Shown in pieces: positions 8,824 through 21,620 of a DNA stretch of 64,000 bases. The notes beneath the pieces were generated by a model. The model did not search any database, was not told where the DNA came from, and saw only the letters and a program-made list of their open reading frames with translations. Each line of letters begins with the position of its first letter. Position 1 is the first letter of the stretch. Position numbers and translations under genes: made by a program. Source of the DNA: Tubulanus polymorphus (taxonomy: Eukaryota > Animalia > Nemertea); the NCBI RefSeq assembly GCF_964204645.1, contig NC_134028.1:23246345-23310344 (forward strand), read 5' to 3'.

Positions 8824-11800
8824 GACACGGTCAAAATGTGTTTTAGAATAATTTTGCATATGATACGCAGCTTTTTTGTTGAGCGCATCGTTTAGCCACA
8901 TATGCGGTGGACTCACGTGACAGAGTCTCCGCACGTGACAGAGTCTCGCGATACCATCAGTTTCGAATCCCTGCCGGAGGACGATGTTCCACGTAGAATA
9001 CGTTGTCGAACCTGCTACGTAATTTTGAAACATGTGTACACTGTGGTTAACTTAAGTTCCTTAGCCATCAGCCAATTCGGAGCAACATCAAACAAACCGT
9101 AGTCATTTAAAACCTTCTCTAATATCACGAGTGAATGATACATAAATTTCTTTATCAAATATGTCAAAGCCCCATCAAATTATTAGCAAAAATTACGCAG
9201 AACGTAATTGAGACTTGAGAACTTTGTCGGCGCGCCATAGATGCCATAATCGAATAGTGGCACGCGAATATCACATAATTTCATCGTCGATACTCGTTGT
9301 GGCTGTAACTACAAAAATACCGGGATCAAGTTACCTAGCAACCGCAGGTAAATAAACCTGTTATACGGTTCACAGAAAGCGTTGGCATAATGATCTAAAA
9401 ACTCAGAAAAACAGGCTTCGGATAAATGAAAAAGTCTATGTATAAAACGCTTTTGAATTGTTTGGTCGAAATTGAAAACCAACAGCAGCTGAAACAGAAA
9501 TTCAAGTTTAACTTTTTATAGAAATCGGGGTCAGGGCATAGTGACCGAGCACTTTACCTGGTGGTATTACATCAGGTCATTAACAAGAATATAGATTGAT
9601 CTGATCTGACTCAGTAAAGGAACAAGCCTTCATAGTCAGATCATAGGCTCAGTAATGGAGCCTTGGCCCGATCAAAATCGGCTCAGTAGGGTAAAAAGAC
9701 ATCTTGGCAGGACCCGACTTGGGTAAGGTAACAAAACGTCGTGGACTGCACCTAGATAAACTCTTACTAAGGTAACAGAACTTCGAAGGGGAAGAGCAGC
9801 TAGTAAATAAGGTAAAAGGTAGGAATCGACCAGCAGCGTGGTAGATATTCAACTGCAAATGAAGCTGAAATGTCAAATGTATACACCCATACTGTGAGTA
9901 AATTGAATATCCATTATTTGGTTGAGTTCACGCTGAAAAACGACGCGGCCACAAATAGATCAGATAACGCCAAGTCTGGTGGATCGCTTATTACTCTTCA
10001 TCACAGAACTAGCGAAAGAAATGCGGCGCCAATAATCCTGCGCAAATAATATTTCCAACGAATTATTGGCAATCGCAGGTTTCATAAAGATGATCGGATG
10101 ATGGAAAAGAAATGGCAATAAACACCCCACATATCCTTTACTCGTATGTGTATATATATGTACATCAATCAATGGCTGTGTGGGTAGGTCGGTTCGGGGA
10201 GCCTACAGCGATATCCAAAATCCAGCATCTCTCTAGATTGATATCCTTATTGGAAAAAAGCAAAATGGAAATTGACGGGAAACGACGAATCGATTTGTTT
10301 ATTTTTGCAGAAACGAAAACACGTTTTGCCTAAAGAAATTCCAGGGTGCTAGGAAACTATACTAACTGCCCATTCCTGACAAAAGGATGAAAGTCAATTT
10401 TTTCGAAATTCAGATTTTGATCGACCATTACTGGTGCAACTACTGGTGCATTCCGTTCGGTGCAATCCTCACATCGGTATCTCTAACCGTGCTTAGACCC
10501 TAGTATGCAGTACGGTTAAAGCACGATATTTAGAGTGAATAAACATCTATGTATTTGAACAGATTGGCGCATGTATACGGGCTGATAATCGCAACTAATC
10601 TCATTGCTTTCATGTCGCTGACCATCAATGCGACGTTAATGCATCCGATTAAGCTCGGCTTCAGAACGGCAGACGTGTTCGCAGGATACATTCAATCAGA
10701 CCCAATAGAAAACTCTACAGCAATGAATCCGCTGCCGCTCGCTGCAATTCATATTGATATTGATGCATCAGTCGCAATGATGGTATTATATACACGTGAA
10801 TATGATACATTTCGGCGGGCAATTACGCCATGATGGGGTCATCAAGAACCGGCATAACAGACCGCGGTCTGAGTAATAATCCAGCGCTTAACTCGGCTGA
10901 TTATGTCGTCAGTATTTCAAATCCTCTCCAAATTCCCGGTGAAATGGCTGTGTCTGATGACCAATCTATTCACGCAGAAGCTAGTTAGCACAAAGTGCAT
11001 CTAAGCTCAGGGGCATGTGACCCGTATCTTCTTCAGACACACGGGTTTCAGGTTTTAAATATGATAATCTTATTCACGACAGAATATCAGTTCACAGTCT
11101 TGAAGTCTTGAATTCTAAGATGATTACGTTGTTAAAAAATCAATTCGATTTCCGATTTCTGATCTAAGCTCCCTGGTTTGTACCTACTGCTGGCTATGCT
11201 GGCTTTGATAGAGGATTCTACTCGTGGCAAGTGAGGATCCACCAGGTGTCGCTAGCACTAATATTAGTTGGTGATCTGCAGGGTTTAGATATCATTAATA
11301 ATTGATCGGTCTAGCTTTATTCAGCAAAGCATCACACAAAGCAGTGAAAAAAACCCATAATGGGACACGAGTTGAGTTCCTGTGAAAGATTATTTAATCA
11401 AGCAATCGACGCGTGAGATTTTGTTATCATGCCGACGTGTTTGCGACGAATGATTTTTCAGCCATCATTTCTCATTATGAAACCGCTGACAACCCGTACA
11501 AATCAGTTGCCCGCGACAACGACGACGGTGTTTACGGGGAGTTGTATAATGTATCGGCGGCGGCGACGCCGACATCGCAGTGAACGAAACGATACCGACA
11601 CGTCGACATCGTCACGAAATGCAAAAGACAAGCCGACAGACGGTAACGCGATGGAGGCGCACGGCGACGACGAGAAATATCGCGTCCATAATCGCTACAG
11701 GAAATGGTCTATGAATACGCGACAGATCGGTGACAGTCGCTGGAAGCACGACGCCCCTATTTTCAGCCAACCAAATTACGATATTGTCACGCACCCAGGA

Positions 11801-14664
11801 TATGCCTCAACCTTGACGCGTTCAATAGACGCGAGCGACTGAAATCCGACGAAGCCGGCGAGAAAATTGAATACTGATTCTTACAGAATTTTCCCAATAG
11901 TCTCGCTTATTCGCGACGCAAGATGACATTAACACCCTGTGATGCTATTAAAAAAGAAGCTCATACGTATTTATCTAAAAGCAATTTTTTCCATTTACGG
12001 TCAAAATTACGTTTAATATTAGGAAGTGAAGCAGATACCGCTTAGTTTTGCTCACTCATCTGAAGGCAATAAACAATGGCATAAAGGAAGTTATAATCGA
12101 GAGCGCGATGTTAACGCCGTTCGCGACCGAGAGACATTAAATCATCCGACTGTCCACTGTCCATATCCCATAAAGCTTCTTAACAGCTTCTAAAGAGCTT
12201 AACTGAATCAGCTTTAACCCTGGCGAACTGACGAACTGATGTATAAAATGAGGTGAAGGGCATCGGCTATATGAATATGCGCTAAAGCCTGGATGTCGGG
12301 AACGTCGGATGAAGCTAGATAGAAACAAAACTGTAAAGATTTTTAAGAAACTGGTTTTCAAAGTTCATTCAATTGTTCATGAGAGTTTTAGATGTGTCTC
12401 GTTGACCTGGTGTCAAACGGTTTGAACCGTGAAAACCGACGGTACTTTGTAGGGTTACCAGATTTTAGTTTAAGTATGAATCGTTCTGATACTTCTTAAT
12501 CGGATACTTCTCAAGACAGAAGCATCACGGTGACAATGACCATCTTAGTAGAATTCGTCCACTAATCGTAGATCTTATACATAACAGGAAATCTCATTCA
12601 TATTTCCGTAGTTCTATAACAAACAGCAATCACTCAGGATATGTAATCTACACATATTCTGCATGACTGCTTCATAAATATCCCGGCTATTCTTTTCCTT
12701 CGGATAGAAAAAGACCTCTCATGCACTCTCCATCCGCTAACATAATGATAGCCGACTGAGCAAATAAACTTTAAGTGTGTCTGCTATGTAGTATAGCGAC
12801 TCAGTCGCAGACATTATCGATTACGCCGTTTGAGAATCGAGCTGTAAAATAAGTTCATTTCTTGACATCATGTGCTACGGGACTAGTAACTTCTAGTCGT
12901 AGTCTGACACAATATCGATTTGCTCATCAAACTCTGAACGATCATCAATACCCGAGTGAGGTGCTGGTAGGTCTATACTCGAGTCTTACCAGTCAGACAG
13001 ATTTCATCATTGCAAGTTGAAAAAGAGCGCAATTTTATGCGTGGCATGTTACATTATACCAGATTTTCGGACACGTTTTGGAAGCCGTTTGATTTTATTT
13101 GGGGAAATTTAGGGGTTGATACCCCTGCCTCCCCATTGAGGTTGGACTTGTCCCCTCTCGGAAATTGCAACGACAAAGGAGCACCCGCTTGCGACCTGTT
13201 CGGCTTGACTGCTCTCCTCCTTTTCTTTATTGGAGCTCGCCTCCCAAATCTCCTAGATCCGCAGTCCCTGTGATTTTGTTCAATCATTTATATATGCATT
13301 AGTTTGTTAGTACAGTAAGCGTTTATATGTTTTGCGTTACGCCAGGTATTTGATTAATGATAAAAAATCAATGAAATCACGTTTTATGCGTCTACGCCAA
13401 CATTCTTGTTGCCTGGGAAATAGATTGTGTAATATCGCGGTTGGCTCTTTCAGCTGATATGCAATATCGAAATCTGTTACCAGCTCTGTACTTACTACAG
13501 CGTTGCGGTTACTTACTACGCAACACAAAGCAAGATGCACATTTCTCACAAGTTTAAAGATATAGTTTGGCTTTGAGCAAGTGAAAAATGGCTTTCACAA
13601 AGCAGAATCCAAAGAAGTCTTAGAATGAGCCAAGAGGGCTCCAATAGAATTTGGCATAGTTCTACAAATAGGAAAAGTTATGACAAAAACTGTTACGTGT
13701 AGTCTGTGGATCTTGAGAGACAAATTGATGATGGAATAGAGGATTCCTATTTTCCATCGAGTGGGCGATCCCCTGCAATATTCGGCCCGTCATTATCGAC
13801 ATATTTGTACTGATACCACCCTCCTTTCTAAAGATTTTATTGGTCGTGTGTGGCGAAAACCAAATCAATGCGTAGTTAAGATGCTGGCCTAACATGTCGT
13901 TAGCAGGATTTCCCATGGATTTAAGCGATTATGAACTTGAATTCTCGAATTTCTTATTTCAAAAGCCGCATGCAGGATTTTGGTTGGTCTGAGCGCTGGT
14001 CATGGGGTGGATCCGGAGGCAAGTTCAAGTGTCAACATTTGGGACCTGTAAGAACACACGTAAAGCCTATCGGATATTCAGTCTTCATTACGCCGGAATC
14101 AACGAGACGTAAAACTTGGAAAGATCGATTTCGCTGGGAGAGATTTCTCCAAGTCATAACTCGAAAAGATTCAATTACAGGAAACTGAGAAATAAATAAC
14201 CGCAACGCATATGTCGTAGCCGGCTCAATCAGGGAACGTTATCTGTGTAAATTATGAATAGTGAATTACCAGAATACAGACAGAAGCCGATTTGTTGTCT
14301 CAGAGCTAACAGCTTCTAGACATTTCAACGATTAATCATTTTTATCGATCTGCCGACGAAAATATGACGACGGGCCGCCTAAAAATCAATATGAGATCTA
14401 CGAGAATTGACGAATGAAATAAAATTCGCTACGAGAAATGATGATGGACTCCGCCGATTCCACCAGGAAATGGGCGTCTGAACTACGGGTAATGTTTAGA
14501 ATGAATTCATGAATGACAATTGTCATTTGCCAAATACGCCTACGCTATCGGCAGTGTGGTCTTGGCTACGCATGTTATGTCTCTTTCCAAATGTGATAAC
14601 AACATTCTTGAGATTATTATCAAAACACGGCGAGTCTTCTGCGATGACTGTTTACTCATAAGCT

Positions 14665-14825
14665 GGCTCATTCTGGTGTTTATAGCAAATCTACATCAAG
14701 ACCATTCGGATCTCATTCTAGTTCTATAGCCAATCCAGTCTAACATTGGTTCTATAGCCAATCTAACATTTTAACCTAAGCTCATTTTAGTTCTTTAGCC
14801 AATCTATTAACTGAAGACCATTTCG
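14665..14825. repeat. Degenerate minisatellite, about 4 units with core GTTCTATAGCCAATC
   Basis: Recurring variants of CTCATTCTAGTTCTATAGCCAATCTA. Confidence 0.65.
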
Positions 14826-15928
14826 AACTCTCAAGCCGTCGCAAGGCCGACCTACGCCCGCCTATTAAGCCATGACCGAGCAACTCTTGGCCCAAGATTA
14901 TGTTTTATGTTGAGATTAGATTGGAGAAGTGATTATGATTGACGGTTTACTTTTAGCTCTTCCTTCATTCATTTTCGGTGAGATGTTTTTTAATCAATGA
15001 CAGTTAACGCTTCGTTGCAGGAGAGAATAACCGAATTAGTCAGTTAACTGTCTCCCCACTGCGTGGTAGCGGTGTTAGCCCGTCGTCACACTGCCATTCA
15101 CACTTTATATTCCAGACTCCGTCAACGCGGTTATCAGGATTCGGTGCAATCTCTGAAACCTTACTCGAAATGAACGACCTTTCCACTGGAGCAGTCATTA
15201 TCTCTCACGACATTCATCTCGAGTATATACTACAGTGAGAATTCCGCGCGAGTCGGCGAGTATTGTGTAACAGATACAGACAGTGTAAACAAAGATGAGA
15301 CGAGTATCAATAGCAGTTTCAACGGCGGTCGTATATCAGCTAAGGCGTCATGTTTCGTCTGAATTTTCTGCATGTCTCTCTCCGAGGGGTGAATTCGTAA
15401 TCCTGTATAATCTATGACATATGTGAAACCAAAAATAAAATTCTCTCCGCGGTGAAACTTCAAAACCATTTGGGTCTGTGTAAAATGAAGACATATGCAA
15501 ATCTAATGAAGCAATGGCACATCCGCTGCACAACTGGAAGTGTGTATATCATGCGGGTTTAACAAGAAACCCAGTTTGCTGGTTAAAAATAATGAACTTA
15601 ATACTGTAAGGTAGATGATTAGAATAGTCCCGTTATAGAAGTTTACATGATAAAATCTTGAAGATCTATTGAAACTAGATAACGACATTTCGGCTGCTGA
15701 CAAACAGCAATAATCAGCTGAAATGACCATCAGAAGCTACATTGTGGTTTCACTTTGACACGTTGCATGAAATTCTATTGTTAGACTTTTTATTTATCTA
15801 TACAGTCACACGAAGCCATATGGGATGCTTTATTTGACTAGAGTTTAATTCTAACCCGAAACCCGAAAAGGTGACACCTTATTATCATCAGTGGCCATAT
15901 TAGTAAAACAATAGCCATTTTGACTTAC

Positions 15929-16247
15929 CTGGAATATAGCGACCCATGCTAATCCTATGTTATCGAATGAGATTGCGCCTTGGAAGGGATTTTTATCTCC
16001 GGGTTGACAAGTCGTATAATACTGATTCCAATTGATACACGATGTTGAGTTTCTAATTGAAGTATTGTTCACATAATTATTGCTATACGCATCTACGGTA
16101 TCGTTACACAGATTGCCGTGCACATTTCGAAGTTCTTTGATCCCCGAGCAATGTCTCATACCCGAATCCTTGTGCATGCTACAGATAAAATCGTGTTGAT
16201 CGCTGCCGTGTTCGATCACCGGTACGTAATACGGGTTCAGATAAAAC
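15929..16247 (-). CDS. Cav3: Cav3 exon, domain I extracellular turret and P1 helix (FYLNPYY...SFDNIGLAWVAIFQ), 319 nt
   Basis: ttttttctag| acceptor, CAG|gtaagt donor. Contains the CINWNQYYTTC and NPFQGAISFDNIG motifs. Confidence 0.97.
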
Positions 16248-17515
16248 CTAGAAAAAATCGAAGACAAATTTCTTATCTTATTTCATATCTTATGGCATAT
16301 TATAATACATCATACATATCTTAATGAACCCATACAAGAACGAACTTCGAATGTCGGAGAAATTTTTGCGAACTAAATGAAATCGAATGTCAGATAGTCG
16401 AAATGACTATATTATGGTCCGGAAATAACGAACCACGTCGCTGTAGTTTAGACTATAGTTCCAAGATGGCCGACACTGTGAAATGCATTTTGACCACTAT
16501 AGTCGACAAATTAGAAATCTGAAGTTCGCCAGGGCTGGTTACATCATGGGGCACAAGTTAATCCGACTGATTTGGTATCGAGTTAGAATATTTGATAGTT
16601 TTTATTGTTCTTACAAGAGACATATATTTAGAATCTTAACGATGACTGCGAAATGAAATCGATGCTATTCTAGGGGTAGGACAATTCAGGCTACTACAAA
16701 TCTAGAATCTCCCGTATACACTCAAACACTGGAGAATATGTTAAAAAGGTTAAACCCGACGGCTCACAAATTAAAAAGACTAAAAAATGAAATTCATCTA
16801 TATCGAGAATTAGAAATTAAAGGACATGACCATCGTTTAGGTTTTAATCTCGCCATCGTAGATACCACGATCCAATAGTAGGACTTATAGTAGCAATTCG
16901 AAGCGAAATATGACGTACGGGTCAACTGAGACGTCATACGTTTCTGACACTTACAGAGACAGCCACACCCGAAAATGGTCTCTAGCAAAACGTTGTGTCT
17001 TCTGATTCTAATTCGTGATATATGAATTTCGTTTTTAAAATCTTGTAAATTTTTTCAGAATGGGTTTTGATCTTATTTCTTTAAATGCTTTAATTCAAGC
17101 AGGGTTCAGCTATCGAAAACCTCGAAAAATACATCATATTATTAGCACACTCTCTAGATTCCGGAGCATTTTTTTAGTTATGTTAAGAGTTAATGCTCAG
17201 AAATAAATCCGGAAAATTATTTGCGGCTTAGGAAATAGTTGCTGCAAGTAGCACTTCGGAAAACACGGTCAGAAAAAAAGAATTATCATTATTTCATAGC
17301 AGGTTATCACCCATGCCGTCACCACCTGCCAACAACCATAGTAGCGAGGATACAGGACATGCAAAATGTAGTGATTTGCAAATCCTGATAATCGTGAATG
17401 CGTTTTAGTCAGTTGATTGCTGAAAAGCTGCTGAGGTATTTCAAAAACAAGACATTCGCATTATTAAGTCAGGGATGAAATTTTCCGGGGTATGAAAGTC
17501 TCCGCCCAATGCAGC

Positions 17516-17516
<1 letters not shown>

Positions 17517-17570
<54 letters not shown>
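17517..17570. repeat. (CAG)18 microsatellite, read as (CUG)18 in the pre-mRNA
   Basis: 54 nt of uninterrupted CAG. Confidence 0.97.
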
Positions 17571-17576
<6 letters not shown>

Positions 17577-19576
17577 AATGAACATGAGCGCGTATGTCTC
17601 AACGATGCACTTTAAAAAAAATACCGAGTAAAACAATAAGGATACAACAGTCACGGAAACCACATTTGGTGCAAATATACCCTGCCTAACGAAGCGTGTG
17701 AATCATCAAACATAGCCTTTCATGGTCGAAAATAATCAATTCAGACTAATCTCTGTTTTATTGACTATGTTAAAGTACACATAGAAAACCACAATGTTAC
17801 ACTGACGTTTCCAATAGATGACTTCTATCCATCACCAGAGATTTATCCAATATTCTTGTAAACAATTCTCCGAAGATGGATCTCGCCGAAATGTCAGCGT
17901 AACTGATTTTTAAATTGTTGGTCGTTAAATATCGTGGCTTTTTGTACCTTTTCGTCATTATTCCCTCTAAACCTCTTCCTACAAACACCGATTACATAAT
18001 CCCTTCATCTCCTCAAAGATCGACCGTAATCCGAGTGGAAAAATAAAACAACGATTCATATTCCATCGACCATTTTAGAATTCTAGTACGAATAATGAGC
18101 ATGCATTTCTTCTTTTTTTTGCGCCACCGAAAATGTGTCGAACATACTGTATATATATAAATATACATATACTTACAAACCATGAACATAGGATTTATTC
18201 TCATTAATGTCATGAGTCCAAAGGCTGAAAAAAGTGCCAAATAAATAGAAACATAACGGGAAAAAGAACGAAGAAAATAAGCAAGGAATGAACAAGATCG
18301 CTGATGTCGTAGTGTTTACATTGCCGTAGGTAATGATTTCGGTAAAAGGGCTTTCAAGTTATTCTATTCTATGGACGAATTTTGTCTTTAGCAGAAAATT
18401 GTCTCCTTTCTGCGATGGAATTTCATTACGCGTTTCGTGTAAAAAAAGTTCAATTCTTTTAGCGAGTTTCCTCATGCGTTGTCAGAAGGTATCTTTCCGA
18501 TGAACGAAACGGTAATTTCTAGAAAGCGATGTTTTTTTAGGAATGGCATTTCTTAGACAGTTTACTGCCGATCGTTGGAGGGAAATCGGGCTAATATTAC
18601 AACCGAATCAAACATCGCTTTATTCTAACAAATCGCATATTTCAGCTGTTAAACTAGCGTATAGATTAGCCTTAAGTCATATAAAAATCTAGTTTCTATG
18701 GATTAAGAGATCATTTATCTATGCTTGATTTTTGAGATACTGATTGAATAACGTAATCCTTTATAAAATGAAGTAGTTAGAGTATATATCTATATCAGTT
18801 GGCTTTAAATTGGGCTGGATGAACAAGACAGGCAACATGTAATACAAAAAAAAACTATGATCTAAACTATATTGTAAATGAAGTTATTGCATATGAAGTT
18901 AGACAGATAATTTTATGCAATTAATATTTCAAAACATTCTGATTGCTTTGATAAATTTGTAGTGATTGGTACAGTGATATGGCCACGCTATGATTGATAG
19001 TTTACTGGCAAAGGTATCATACGATGTGCATAAATGTTGCATTGTTTTGTTACAAGCCCTAGTCAAACCTAGATCAGTTTGTTTATGTTTGGAAAACATT
19101 CTTAAGGTTTCAAAAGAGTGAGATATAAACAAAAAATTAAGAAAAAAAAAAATATATATATATATACCTATAGAGATAAAGAAAGGATTTCACGAAAGAA
19201 TGATAAAATAAAAGCTAATGCAAAACTGAACGAGACTGGTTAACTGTAAATGGCACTAGAAAAACATTTTCACTTTTATATCTGGAGCAACAGTGCACCA
19301 AATAGTATAATAAACCCTATGAAACAATTCTGAGACCGTATTGAGACGATGATACGATTTAGATCCAACAATAAAGAAAAGAAACACGTCCGAAAATGTT
19401 TGCTTTGGCTAATGACTTATTTCAACGTGTCGAATGTATAGACATTTTCAGGAAAGGTTATTCCCGCATATTAGTCAAAACGTTGAAATATACTTTTAGC
19501 TCCAGGAAACGTTTACGGACTCGTCTTTTATTTGTATATCGCGGGATTTTTACCGGTACAAAAAAGCGTTACTTAC

Positions 19577-19748
19577 CCGGGGTATGAAAAATTCTGCCTA
19601 TTATCCATAAAACAGCGTTGACGCAACAGGCCGGCCCAGAGCTGTACGCCGACGATACCAAAAATGAAGAAAACAAAGAAACACAACAGAAGCACATTTC
19701 CCAACATCGGTAACGTGTCCAATAACAGCATCACCAATATACGCATAC
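19577..19748 (-). CDS. Cav3: Cav3 exon, IS4-S5 linker and IS5 ([18 protein letters not shown]...QNFSYPG), 172 nt
   Basis: ttttcag| acceptor, |gtaagt donor, highly conserved Cav3 sequence. Confidence 0.97.
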
Positions 19749-21389
19749 CTGAAAATATACAAAACAAAACTCCAGTTGAAATTGACTTATTGGACTCGAA
19801 GCTTATAGAGCGATATAGTGTGATATACAAATATATAGAATATTTTTCTTGAAAAAAAAATGTAGCAGATCTTCAATTCACTCTCCAAGCATATCTGAAA
19901 TTCAGTTAGCCTCAGCGTGTACCACGATAGAGGATTAAAGAGTATGTCGTTTGAAGTCCCAAGTCGGGACAGCATTTAGCAATTCGAATTTCAGTCACCC
20001 GACGCTGGTTAGGATTACGAACGACCATATTTGTCAAGAAAGAGGGACAGCACATGAGAGCCGATGACTGAAGCAGGGATGAGAAGAGCTGATATCTGCA
20101 GAGATGGAAGAGCTTAATCAAGTTACCAGTAACTCACGCATCAGCGAACAGACGAAAAGAAATGAAATATTCATTGTTGAAAAAACCGTTGCGAGGAGAG
20201 AGAACACGATGACATAATAATGAGGTCTCCTACAATGCGGTATTGTTCGGAAAACGTTGCGCATCCCGTGAGCGCGCATAGGAGAGATCAACATGTCTAT
20301 AAAACGAGGAAATGGAATCAATTCACGGTTCGCACTAGTTGCAGTCTCTTTCCAGGGCAAACTATCCACATTTCCATAGCTACTAAATGAGGAACTCACT
20401 AAGGCAGAAATAAAAGTCTATAAAGTTAAATACTAAGCCTACAGGAATAAAACCACACGAACAATCCAGACCACGTTTCTAAAATTCCGTAGCTTTTTCA
20501 TATAGCTCCCTAGACATAACTGAATAGTTCATACTTTTACCAAGCCTTGAAAAAATGATTATATACTAATTCCCTAACCTTTTTAACAGACCCTGAATGC
20601 ACTTAGAAATATTGTTGATACAGTATAAGACATGATAGTAGTAATGTCGGTGGATTCTGGGGGTCCGGTAACAGCTAGAATAGAGGGGCGCAATTGATTC
20701 TAAAATCCCTAGTTGTAGAACCAGTCTGTAAAACAGGCCCCTGGGGATGACTTGCAGACAGTTCAACCAGTCACGCATATCTGCGGAGCATTGCTTAAGC
20801 AAAGCGTCCATAAATGAACTGAACATTGTGGATCACCCGCCAAACAATTTGAGGCGTTTGAGACAATGAAAAGAGATCAAATATGACAGTTTTTCGATGC
20901 TTAAGGATTATTACTAATTCAAATTATACCATCGAACAAATGATACCTTCGCACAGGAACATCAGTATATATCGTAATAGGGCATTTATTTTCAATTATG
21001 TAAACCGAAAGCCGGTCGAAACCAGCAGAAAATAACGTGGATCAATCGATAAATGGTTCGACGACTAAGTCGGCCGTCTTCGGAAAAAATGTCCATCAAA
21101 TTATGTTTCATACATAGACGCATTCACAAAAATGATTGATATCCATTCATAACTAAACTGTCATGGTATAATTGAATCTAACGCTTTTCATTCACGAGTC
21201 AAAAGTGACAGATAGAAAAAGACGGATCGCGGAAAAATGGCCAGTTTTTATCATATATATATATACGATGTGATGTCGTGTGCCTTATCGGGAATTATTC
21301 CACGAATTCAGACAGGAATAGCTACTTCATTCGGGATATTTGTCGTTGTTGAAATTGTAAGAATTCCCTTGAAATGTCTTCGGGGTGAG

Positions 21390-21620
21390 CAGGGCGAATG
21401 CCGGAATTTAGAAAGGGGGAGCAAAACATTTCCTACACGAAGAGCGATCACCGCAGGCGATCACCGCAAGTCTCATAAGAGGAATTTGGGGTCCTCTTCG
21501 AAGAAAAATCTGAAAAAATTGGGATCATTTTCTGATCAGAGCAATTCCAGATTTAAAATGCTGCGCAATAATGCTATGTCGGCAAAAATAGGTGGCGCCA
21601 CCTCCCTAAATCCGACCCTG
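21390..21620. mobile_element. Degenerate MITE-like element with CAGGG...CCCTG termini
   Basis: The 5' end CAGGGCGAATGCCGGAATTTAGAAAGG partly matches the reverse complement of the 3' end, CAGGGTCGGATTTAGGGAGG. No clear target-site duplication. Confidence 0.4.

Noticed and set aside
8914-8947. Tandem CACGTGACAGAGTCTC repeat as a paired E-box enhancer
   Set aside because: Explained by a simple local duplication next to repeat remnants; no other support.
11429-11842. 137-aa plus-strand ORF in a CG-rich intronic patch, as a nested gene
   Set aside because: No recognisable domain; the low-complexity CGA/CGG composition explains the lack of stops.
14665-14825. CRISPR-like repeat-spacer array
   Set aside because: Eukaryotic intron, degenerate units with irregular spacing, no cas genes.
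17469-17663. Poly-Leu ORF
   Set aside because: Translation of the CTG microsatellite.
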